Source: Thermoanaerobaculia bacterium (lineage in GTDB: Bacteria > Acidobacteriota > Thermoanaerobaculia > Multivoradales > Multivoraceae). Taken from it: a stretch of DNA of 64,000 bases. Positions 21,701 through 28,472 of the stretch are shown piece by piece. The translations under genes and the position numbers were made by a program. The stretch is from NCBI GenBank assembly GCA_963666565.1, contig OY762911.1, positions 2,688,001 through 2,752,000 of the forward strand, written 5' to 3'. How positions within the stretch are numbered: the first letter of the stretch is position 1; every line of letters begins with the position of its first letter. The notes beneath the pieces are model-generated. The model ran no database searches, was not told the origin of the DNA, and was given only the letters and a program-made list of their open reading frames with translations.

Positions 21701-22912
21701 CGGCACGACACTCAGGTCGCCGAGCGCTCTGGTGAAGTCCTCCTGAAAGTGCCCCAGCGCATCGGAGAGCGGGGCGTCGTCCTTCGTCGGGTCAGCCAGA
21801 AGCCGGTATCCCGCTTCCTTGGACTCTTCGGGTTGCTTCTTGAGCCAGACGAGGATCTGGCGAACGAGTTCGGGGACTTGCCTCACGATGGCTTGCTGCC
21901 AGGCGTTCTCCTCGATGGGCCTCAGGTTCTGGCGGTCGAGATCGACGAGCCAGTCGGCCTGTAGGTGGAAGCCGAACGGCACGCGCGTCTGGGTCGGGAG
22001 TGTCGCGTAAACGCGCCCGCGGTCCGGTGGATCGGACCTGCCGTCACTGTCAAGCGGCAGCAATGCGATGACTTGCCGCTCCGGCCGTTGGCCCCGAGCG
22101 TCACGTTGATCGTTGAGTTCGCTGCGTGCCTCCAGGAACGCACGCATTTCGTCGTTTCCGGGGCGGTAGTTGGAGGCAAACGACTGCCACTGGAAGAGCT
22201 TCCCATCGGACGACGATCGGACTTCAACGACGCCGTCCTTGGCGGAGAGGCGCCACGTCACGTCGTCGATGCGTACCTCTTCGAGGCCGCGGAGCGCAAG
22301 GACCGCGAGCGGGATCGGATCGTCGGGGGCCGCGAGACGCTCAAGGTCGGCCAGAAGAGGCGGGTCGGGATCCGCCCGGTGGCTGAGCTGAAAGGCGGTG
22401 GTGTAGTCGGCGTCCGGATTCAGCGGTGGGGGATCTTCGTCCCAGTCTGGAAGCAGCGTGTCGAACCAACGGATGACTCTCGCTCCAAGGTCCCCTCGGT
22501 CGGTGGTGACGTTGAAGCGGAGGCGCCATCCGAACCCGGAGACTCGCGCTCGGCGAAATCGGGCGAAGACCGACTTGAAGCCCACCCCCATGAACCCGAT
22601 CGCGGCGAGTCCCTTCGTGGATTGTCCGAGCGATGCCAGAGCCCGGACGTGTTCCTCGTCCAGAGCTTGCCCGCCGTCGTGCTGGAAGCGGACAGTGCCT
22701 TCGTCGATCCGCCGCCACTCAACCCGCCGGGCACCCGCGTCGATGGCGTTCTGGGTCAGTTCGTACACGTAGGTCCAAGGATGGGAGTGGCCGGCAGAGA
22801 GCATCCGCTCTACGGCTGACCGGGCGGCTGGACCGAACTCCTTCTCGTTCTCCTGCCGTACCCGCGACACGAAGCGGCGGTGGGGTTCGGACTGCGGCAT
22901 GGCGTTACCCAT
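18740..22912 (-). CDS. Sacsin/NO-VEIN-like protein: N-terminal GHKL ATPase, C-terminal DUF3883 (NOV_C) PD-(D/E)XK-type nuclease domain
   Basis: YELTQNAIDA (N-box), FQHDGG, IGFMGVGFKSVF (G-box), FHLQADWLVDLDRQ; C-terminus GFDVLSRD..RRIEVKG..YWLYVV; 1390 aa. Alternative start ATG 22900. Confidence 0.85.
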   Translation of the reverse strand: MGNAMPQSEPHRRFVSRVRQENEKEFGPAARSAVERMLSAGHSHPWTYVYELTQNAIDAGARRVEWRRIDEGTVRFQHDGGQALDEEHVRALASLGQSTKGLAAIGFMGVGFKSVFARFRRARVSGFGWRLRFNVTTDRGDLGARVIRWFDTLLPDWDEDPPPLNPDADYTTAFQLSHRADPDPPLLADLERLAAPDDPIPLAVLALRGLEEVRIDDVTWRLSAKDGVVEVRSSSDGKLFQWQSFASNYRPGNDEMRAFLEARSELNDQRDARGQRPERQVIALLPLDSDGRSDPPDRGRVYATLPTQTRVPFGFHLQADWLVDLDRQNLRPIEENAWQQAIVRQVPELVRQILVWLKKQPEESKEAGYRLLADPTKDDAPLSDALGHFQEDFTRALGDLSVVPIHGTEPGGYSSLSRAVRLPRGFREDFGRRPDWRPDLLFDRELVQEGVLGKRGVDFLRWLGCAGSVERGDVRWSETLPVWWDALAELPEDERTDALFALWHGIDDRGWQDVPAVPTEAGTWLAAGRTRFLNEEPPSEKELSGPAVAKALAGLLPQPDQRLPAGLRNRVRQSRHPGAAWLKGLQQDVKLASVVERACDAVEDKDDLPLVELLEWALRRGERRQDLVPLVMTEDGARRPREALLADPLVDHGRCRRDLFQNRPALVEDYAFIEGRRAVILFLERLGVAGQVKLRELRTSSTDYWMVQRQIGAEPPRTRANGGYRVLDYEFPFPVADVPAEALQVWLSDRPSSLRHRGRKRAEGSFYGTKTRRGTTPCNWTQDLRHHAWLLCADGKRRKPGDALLSPHPDYEDAPVADIDSEFAEVLRQEGIAFGDNIPKSPALRRLVLRGEEEMPDAELASLLREVQEEYRTKLVTRAELDAALDGVTLHDVPLVRRAVRRCGVGEGLRSDLGGWVVPLSSVSDDLAAIVAELVPSIPATTTGRQALDFLVLVWDEGPAQVERVRSRIAAAYRYALDDLDAGDLPLSHWEENRERARLHGQGQWWPVDNSSLIVDDVQSPFIRQSLSGGRIAVAAAHLGETAQSVRRVAERLDIPLLSDQVTILPGRTVDRQTPWTGRLKQLVQTLALLGDRREIRQLTFHEDLTLRVEDTERRLAAYAEGDILRLAGEPSSFAVEAADQLVNHFRLGQRGHEVAWLTGALFALEDSRLFRTHLKTLADGLGVETDLDDLRPNDHDEPVAESDEVREPVVETAPREPKKVSERPAANQVAVFVESKRDGESKSNAASRTSAKTRTGPKSDKRARGAVVEFEKRQGREALEAPDGQPGFDVLSRDPKTGRELRRIEVKGVQGRFEGKDASVLLSARQVNDALQQEDGAEYWLYVVDSTETVEPRVFPIPWTRWHGRLRYGFFAHAWNQHAEEPSDPAVQD

Positions 22913-23135
22913 CGAGAAGCTCGAAGAGCCGCTTCCGGCTCATCCCGGCGGTTCGCATGTTCTTGAGGATGATGCCCACCGGCACGTCCTTGCCCATGGG
23001 GATGACCACGGGGCGGCTCGCGCCTTCCTTGGTCAGGGTCAGGTGAGAGCCGACCTGGTGCTTCCTGGTCCAGCCGTCCCGTTCGAAGACGCGGACGAGC
23101 CGGCGCGGCCTAATGGGCCGTAGCGGCCTGGACAA
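22905..23135 (-). CDS. hicA: Type II TA toxin, HicA family
   Basis: 76 aa, basic; RVFERDGWTRKHQVGSHLTLTK..VVIPMGKDVPVG..AGMS, with the GSH catalytic His motif. Confidence 0.88.
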   Translation of the reverse strand: MSRPLRPIRPRRLVRVFERDGWTRKHQVGSHLTLTKEGASRPVVIPMGKDVPVGIILKNMRTAGMSRKRLFELLDG

Positions 23136-23454
23136 GCTGCTGCCTCGTCTGGAATGGCACCATGCGATCTGTGGTGCTGGCAGCGGAGTAGCGGTTCTCG
23201 GTCGAGGTCTCGAAGCCGCAGTCCCTCAGGACTTCGTCCAGGGTTCCGATGTCGTAGCAGGTGAAGAGGAAGGCGCCCAGAGCCTCGCCCAGCATCTCCT
23301 GGGCCTCCTGCCGGTCCGCGCCGTGGCTTGCTACGTCCAGGAGAGGACACGACGCGATCCACGCGTCTCCCTCCACGTGGAAGTCGACGGGCACCGTCAT
23401 CCTGAAGTGGACGCGGTCCGGGCGGGCGTCAACGAGGATACTGGCTTCAGGCAT
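23110..23454 (-). CDS. hicB: Type II TA antitoxin, HicB family
   Basis: EGDAWIASCPLLDVASHGADRQEAQEMLGEAL is the HicB signature; overlaps hicA. Confidence 0.83.
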   Translation of the reverse strand: MPEASILVDARPDRVHFRMTVPVDFHVEGDAWIASCPLLDVASHGADRQEAQEMLGEALGAFLFTCYDIGTLDEVLRDCGFETSTENRYSAASTTDRMVPFQTRQQLVQAATAH

Positions 23455-23636
23455 GAGCGAGGTTCCGGTCCAGGCGTCCAGACTACACCAGCGTCCGGGC
23501 GGGGGCGACGATGTCGGCGTCGTTCGCCTCCTGTGCCGCCGTGGCCGCTGATAGCCTGACGGTTCTCGTCAGGACCAGCGCAGGCGACCGGGACTCCGGC
23601 GCGCGCCGCCCGCAATCGGGGAGGGGATTCACCGTG

Positions 23637-24740
23637 ATGAAAGCAGCCGTGTTCCACGAGGTCGGGCAGCCGCTCGAGATCACCGATGTCGCCATCGGCA
23701 AGCCGGGACCGCACGAGATCCTGATTCGCAGCGCCGTGGTCGGGGTCTGCCACAGCGATCTCCACTTCGTCGACGGGCTGTGGCCGATCCGTACGCCGGC
23801 GATCCTCGGCCACGAGGCGTCCGGCATCGTGGAGCAGGTCGGATCCGAGGTGCGCTACGTCAAGCCGGGCGACCACGTGATCACCTGCCTGTCCGTGTTC
23901 TGCGGCTACTGCGAGTACTGCATGAGCGGCGAGCCGACGCTGTGCGACAAGCGGGCCACGAGGCGGCCGAGAACCGGCGAACCGCGACTGGCGCTGCCGC
24001 CCAGCAACGGCGGCGGTCCGCGGCCCGTCTCGCAGTTCGCCGACCTCGCCTCGTTCGCGGAGCAGATGCTGGTCCACGAGAACGCGGTGGTGAAGATCCG
24101 CGAGGACATGCCGCTCGACCGCGCCGCCGTCATCGGCTGCGCGGTGACGACCGGAGTCGGCGCCGCGTTTCGCACGGCCCAGGTCGAGCCGGGCTCGACG
24201 GTGGCCGTCATCGGCTGCGGCGGCATCGGCCTGTCGACGATCAACGGCGCCGAACTCGCCGGCGCGGGCCGCGTCATCGCGGTCGACCGGGTGGCCTCCA
24301 AGCTGGAACTGGCGAAGCGGTTCGGCGCCACGGACACGGTGGACGCGTCCGCGGGCGACCCGGTCGAGCAGATCCGCGAGATGACCGGCGGCGGCGTGCA
24401 GTACGCCTTCGAGGCGATCGGCCTCAAGGTAACGGCCGAGCAGGCCTGGGCGATGCTGCGGCCCGGCGGCACGGCGACCGTGATCGGCATGGTCCCGTTC
24501 GGCGAGAACATCGAGATTCCCGGCCACGAGATGCTCCAGGCGAAGTGCATCCAGGGCTGCGTCATGGGGTCGAACCGCTTCCGCATCGACATGCCGCGGC
24601 TGATCGACTTCTACCTGGCCGGCAAGCTGAAGCTCGACGAACTGATCTCGGACCGGGTCGGGTTCTCGCAGATCAACGAGGCGCTTGAGAACCTGAAGAA
24701 CGGCGAGGTTGCCCGTCAGGTCATCGTGTTCGATGGCTAG
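23637..24740 (+). CDS. Zn-dependent alcohol dehydrogenase (MDR family)
   Basis: GVCHSDLH, LGHEASGIVE, structural Zn site CGYCEYC..LC, GCAVTTGVGA, GCGGIG Rossmann motif. Confidence 0.95.
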   Translation: MKAAVFHEVGQPLEITDVAIGKPGPHEILIRSAVVGVCHSDLHFVDGLWPIRTPAILGHEASGIVEQVGSEVRYVKPGDHVITCLSVFCGYCEYCMSGEPTLCDKRATRRPRTGEPRLALPPSNGGGPRPVSQFADLASFAEQMLVHENAVVKIREDMPLDRAAVIGCAVTTGVGAAFRTAQVEPGSTVAVIGCGGIGLSTINGAELAGAGRVIAVDRVASKLELAKRFGATDTVDASAGDPVEQIREMTGGGVQYAFEAIGLKVTAEQAWAMLRPGGTATVIGMVPFGENIEIPGHEMLQAKCIQGCVMGSNRFRIDMPRLIDFYLAGKLKLDELISDRVGFSQINEALENLKNGEVARQVIVFDG

Positions 24741-26319
24741 GAACTCCGGCAGCCGCGCTGTGCGCTGCTCCGCGCCAGAGCGGCGCCGGCCTGACGGCTG
24801 GCCCGTTTTTCCAGCCGCCTCCGGCGGCAGCGGGTCGGAAGACCCGCGCACCGACAACGAGCCCGGTTCCCTGCGGGCCATTGCGGTGATCGCGCTGTGC
24901 CTGCTGGCTCCGATCGCCTCTTCGCCGCTGGCGGCCGATGGTGTAACCGGGAAGGGCGACCTCGAAGCGGCGGTGGCCTCCCGCGCGGACCTGCTCTGGG
25001 ACGCCGCGCGCAAGGTCTGGGAGTGGGCCGAGCCCGGCTACCAGGAGACGAAGTCCGCGGCGCTGCTCGCCTCGCTGGTCGAGGAGGAGGGATTCGACGT
25101 CGGCCGCGGAGTCGCCGGCATCCCGACGAGCTTCGTCGCCTCGTTCGGCTCCGGCCGGCCGGTGATCGCGATCCTCGCCGAGTTCGACGCCCTGCCGGGG
25201 CTCTCCCAGGAAGCGGTACCGACCCGCTCGCCGCGCGAGGGGACCGACTGGGGCCACGCCTGCGGCCACCACCTGTTCGGCGCCGGTTCGCTGGGCGCGG
25301 CCCTCGCCGTGGCCGACGGCATCCGCGGCGGAGCGATCCAGGGGACGGTCCGGCTCTACGGCACCCCCGCCGAGGAGGGCGGCGGCGCCAAGGCGTTCAT
25401 GGCCCGGGCCGGCCTGTTCGACGACGTGGACGCGGTGCTTCACTGGCACCCCGGCGACGGGAACTCGGCCGGCGATCCGACGAACCTGGCCCGCGTGGCG
25501 GCCAAGTTCCGCTACCGCGGCCGCGCCGCCCACGCCGCTGCGTCTCCCGAGGCGGGCCGCTCCGCCCTCGACGCCGTGGCGATCCTGAACTACGGCGCCG
25601 AACTGCTGCGCGAGCACACGCCGGACCGGACCCGCATTCACCATGTGATCACCGCCGGCGGCGACGCGCCGAACGTCGTGCCCGCCTTCGCCGAGGCGTA
25701 CTACTACGTCCGCCACCCGGACATCGATGTGGCGCGGTCCATCTACGACCGGCTCGTTCTGGTGGCCGAGGGCGCCGCCCACGCGACGGAGACCGAACTG
25801 GAGATCGAGTTCCTGGGCGGCATCCACAACCTACTGCCGAACGACACGCTGTCCCGGGTGTCGCTCGCGAACTTCGAGAGCCTCATCGACCTGGGCTACA
25901 CGGAAGCCGAGAAGGCGTGGGCCGCGAAGCTCCAGGAATCTCTTCTCAAGCCGCGGCCGCTCGCCTCGGTCTCCGAGCTCCGCGACGACACCGGCGCCAC
26001 GACCCTCGGCTCGACCGATGTCGGCGACGTCTCCTGGGTCGCGCCGACGACCGGCATCCGGACCGCCTGCTGGGTGCCCGGCACGCCGGCCCATTCCTGG
26101 CAGGCGGTGGCCGCCGGCGGCACGACGATCGGCCGCCAGGGCATGCTGATGGCCGCCCGCGTTCTCGCCGCGACAGCGTGGGACCTGCTCGCCGATCCCT
26201 CGATCGTCGAGGCGGCCAGGGAAGAACTCGACCGCCGGCTGGCCGACCGCCCCTACCGCGCGGCGCTCGAAGAAGGCCAGCAGCCGCCGCTCGACTACCG
26301 CAGGCCGCCCGAACGGTAG
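24733..26319 (+). CDS. M20 amidohydrolase, AbgB-like, with putative signal peptide (start uncertain)
   Basis: AEFDALPGLSQ, GHACGHHLFG, GTPAEEGGG, LGSTDVGDVSW, PGTPAHSWQ. ATG 24733 overlaps the ADH stop; alternative GTG about 24886. Confidence 0.9.
   Translation: MARNSGSRAVRCSAPERRRPDGWPVFPAASGGSGSEDPRTDNEPGSLRAIAVIALCLLAPIASSPLAADGVTGKGDLEAAVASRADLLWDAARKVWEWAEPGYQETKSAALLASLVEEEGFDVGRGVAGIPTSFVASFGSGRPVIAILAEFDALPGLSQEAVPTRSPREGTDWGHACGHHLFGAGSLGAALAVADGIRGGAIQGTVRLYGTPAEEGGGAKAFMARAGLFDDVDAVLHWHPGDGNSAGDPTNLARVAAKFRYRGRAAHAAASPEAGRSALDAVAILNYGAELLREHTPDRTRIHHVITAGGDAPNVVPAFAEAYYYVRHPDIDVARSIYDRLVLVAEGAAHATETELEIEFLGGIHNLLPNDTLSRVSLANFESLIDLGYTEAEKAWAAKLQESLLKPRPLASVSELRDDTGATTLGSTDVGDVSWVAPTTGIRTACWVPGTPAHSWQAVAAGGTTIGRQGMLMAARVLAATAWDLLADPSIVEAAREELDRRLADRPYRAALEEGQQPPLDYRRPPER
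24780..24852 (-). repeat. REP-like double-hairpin element
   Basis: gccgcc-tcc-ggcggc followed by gcgggtc-ggaa-gacccgc and gcacc; near-identical to 42211-42285. Confidence 0.85.
26276..26319 (+). repeat. 44-bp direct repeat, copy 1 (3' end of the amidohydrolase gene)
   Basis: gccagcagccgccgctcgactaccgcaggccgcccgaacggtag; 40/44 identical to 27228-27271. Confidence 0.92.
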
Positions 26320-26324
26320 CGGCG

Positions 26325-26358
26325 CGCCGGCGACGGCGGGTACTCGCCGTCGCCGGCG
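26325..26358. terminator. 14-bp GC hairpin after the amidohydrolase stop (terminator-like, no clear U-tract)
   Basis: cgccggcgacggcg-ggtact-cgccgtcgccggcg perfect inverted repeat. Confidence 0.55.
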
Positions 26359-26487
26359 TTGGCGATGGAGGGTCGAAGGCCGAGTTTTCGAGCCGCCTTC
26401 CGAGGCGCCGGCGGCCGCTGCCCGCGCGCCTCGACGACCCCGGAGACCCGGCTGGCCCGGAGGCGCCGACCGGGAGGCTCCCGGGAC

Positions 26488-26528
26488 TTGCGGGCCGTCG
26501 GTTGCCGCCGGTAGAGTCACGGTGACTC
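26488..26528 (+). promoter_or_regulatory. Putative sigma70 promoter of vapBC with overlapping palindromic operator
   Basis: TTGCGG (26488-93), 18 nt, TAGAGT (26512-17); palindrome GAGTCAC-G-GTGACTC at 26514-26528, plus a further gactcac half-site just downstream. Confidence 0.65.
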
Positions 26529-26558
26529 ACATCCGACTCACTCTTCGGGGGACGCCGA

Positions 26559-26825
26559 GTGGCCTTCAAGCAACTGACGGTTCGTGGCCTGGACGAGGAC
26601 ATCGTTCACGAGCTTGAGCGCATCGCGGAAGAAGAGGACGTTTCGCTGAATCAGTCCGTCAGGAAGCTGCTGCGCCGGGGGCTCGCCCATTCGGGCAATG
26701 AGGCTGACGGCGTGATCGGGAACTCCCTCGATCACCTCATCGGCACCTGGACCGCCGAGGAAGCGGACAAGTTCGACCGGGCGGTAGCGGACTTCAACGT
26801 CATCGACGAGTCGATGTGGAAGTGA
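26559..26825 (+). CDS. Ribbon-helix-helix antitoxin (FitA/VapB-like)
   Basis: KQLTVRGLDEDIVHELERIAEEEDVSLNQSVRKLL RHH pattern, acidic tail; GTGA overlap with the PIN gene. Confidence 0.85.
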   Translation: MAFKQLTVRGLDEDIVHELERIAEEEDVSLNQSVRKLLRRGLAHSGNEADGVIGNSLDHLIGTWTAEEADKFDRAVADFNVIDESMWK

Positions 26826-27271
26826 GCGTCTATCTGCTCGACACCGACGCCTACTCGCATCTGAGGCGCGGTCATCGGCAGCTTGCGGGTCTCGTCCGAT
26901 CCTCGACGAGGATCTTTCTCTCGACGGTCGTGGCCGGCGAGCTTCTCTACGGCTTCCGCCATGGAGACCGCTTCGACGAGAACGTCGAGGAACTCGAGTC
27001 CTTCCTGCGGAGCCCGCTGGTGGAGGTCGTGCCGGTCAGCATGAGGACGAGTGATCGGTACTCGCGCATCGCCGCGGCTCTTCGGGCGTACGGCAGACCG
27101 ATTCCGACGAACGACATCTGGATCGCCGCGCACGCCATGGAGACGGGGAGCGAGCTGCTCTCCTTCGATCGTCACTACGAGCGGGTGGACGGTCTCGTTT
27201 GGAGAAGGCTCCGGACCGAGTCGGTCCGCCAGCAGCCGCCGCTCGACTACCGCAGACCTTCCGAACGGTAA
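26822..27271 (+). CDS. vapC: VapC-family PIN-domain toxin
   Basis: YLLDTDAY, VAGELLYG, PIPTNDIWIAAHA, LLSFDRHY; the last 13 residues derive from the duplicated amidohydrolase tail. Confidence 0.92.
   Translation: MSVYLLDTDAYSHLRRGHRQLAGLVRSSTRIFLSTVVAGELLYGFRHGDRFDENVEELESFLRSPLVEVVPVSMRTSDRYSRIAAALRAYGRPIPTNDIWIAAHAMETGSELLSFDRHYERVDGLVWRRLRTESVRQQPPLDYRRPSER
27228..27271 (+). repeat. 44-bp direct repeat, copy 2 (3' end of vapC)
   Basis: gccagcagccgccgctcgactaccgcagaccttccgaacggtaa. Confidence 0.92.
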
Positions 27272-27352
27272 CACCACGGCAGGCGCCTCACACCGGGTGC
27301 GCCGACGTCCCCGCCGGTTTCCGAAGAGAACGCGCGCCGCGCAGCGGCGACC

Positions 27353-28432
27353 TTACCGGCGCCAGCGCAGCCCCGCGTGCAGGCTGACGTCCACCGCCGA
27401 GCCGTACTTGGCCGTGTTGTTCGTGAGGCTGAAGTAGGCGGCGCGGTTGCCGCTTGCATCGGCGGAAGAGAGGCTGCGGGTCCAGCCGATGTCGATCAGG
27501 GTCGCCGTGACGCCGAGGATGGAGAGGTTGAGCTGGCGGAAGGGGCTCTGCTGATGGCGGAGCTGAAGGACCATCGAGGACCTGGGGCCGATGGGGCGTT
27601 CGCCGGAGATGGCGACGGTGACGATGCTCTGCGGCTTCAGCGTCAGCAGGTCGTGGCCGCCGAGCCGGGTGAAGCCGGCGTTGGCGTAAAGCGTCCACCG
27701 CCGCCAGGGGCGGGAGACAAGGTACTGAACGGCGGCGTCGACCGAGCCGGTGCCGTGGAAGTTGTCGTCGTTGGCGGTCGGTAGCTTGAGCTGGACCTGG
27801 ATGGCCTGCCGCCAGCCGGCGGATTCCGGTCCGAGACCGGACTTGAGCGAGACGATCGTTTCCCCAAGGCCGAGCCCGGCTTGCTCGAAGCGAACGAACC
27901 GGAGCTGTTCCCCGAAACCGCCGGGGCCGTCGCGGCGGAAGTAGAGGGCGTAGCCGTTCTCAAGGGTCTGGGGCCGCCCGGACTGGCGGAAGCCGAAGAA
28001 ATCGTGAAAGCCCTCGATCAGTGGGTCGACGAAACCGCCGTCCGCGTTGACGATGGAGGTTCGGAGGCCGAGTTCGAGCCGCCGTCCGAAGCGCCTGCGC
28101 GCGTCGAGCGTCAGCCGGTGGACTTCCATGTCGGCGAAGTAGATCCCTTCGAAGCCGGGCCAGGGGGAGATGCCGTCAAGCTCCTCGGGCGTGACCGCTC
28201 CCCGGTAGCGGCGCCCTTCGATGACCTCGGAGACGGACGGCGATCGCAGCCAGAAGCTGGACAGTCCCAGGGACGCGGTGACTTGCCACCGGCCGCTTGG
28301 CGACCGCGCGTTCGCCGGCGCCTCGACCGGCAGGCTCAGGAACCCGGAGCCGCTGCCCAGCCAGACCTCGGCCACGGGCAGCGGACCGAACCGGTGTTCC
28401 TGGGCGCCGAGGGAAGAGGCAGCCGCGAGCAC
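27353..28432 (-). CDS. Putative outer-membrane beta-barrel protein, DUF3187-like
   Basis: Signal-like N-terminus; GGFVDPLIEGFHDFFG, LKLPTA..GTGSVD, terminal amphipathic strand DVSLHAGLRW. Start uncertain. Confidence 0.65.
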   Translation of the reverse strand: MLAAASSLGAQEHRFGPLPVAEVWLGSGSGFLSLPVEAPANARSPSGRWQVTASLGLSSFWLRSPSVSEVIEGRRYRGAVTPEELDGISPWPGFEGIYFADMEVHRLTLDARRRFGRRLELGLRTSIVNADGGFVDPLIEGFHDFFGFRQSGRPQTLENGYALYFRRDGPGGFGEQLRFVRFEQAGLGLGETIVSLKSGLGPESAGWRQAIQVQLKLPTANDDNFHGTGSVDAAVQYLVSRPWRRWTLYANAGFTRLGGHDLLTLKPQSIVTVAISGERPIGPRSSMVLQLRHQQSPFRQLNLSILGVTATLIDIGWTRSLSSADASGNRAAYFSLTNNTAKYGSAVDVSLHAGLRWRR

Positions 28433-28472
28433 GCTCGCCGCTGCCGCGAGGACGGTCAGGCGAGATCGCAGG

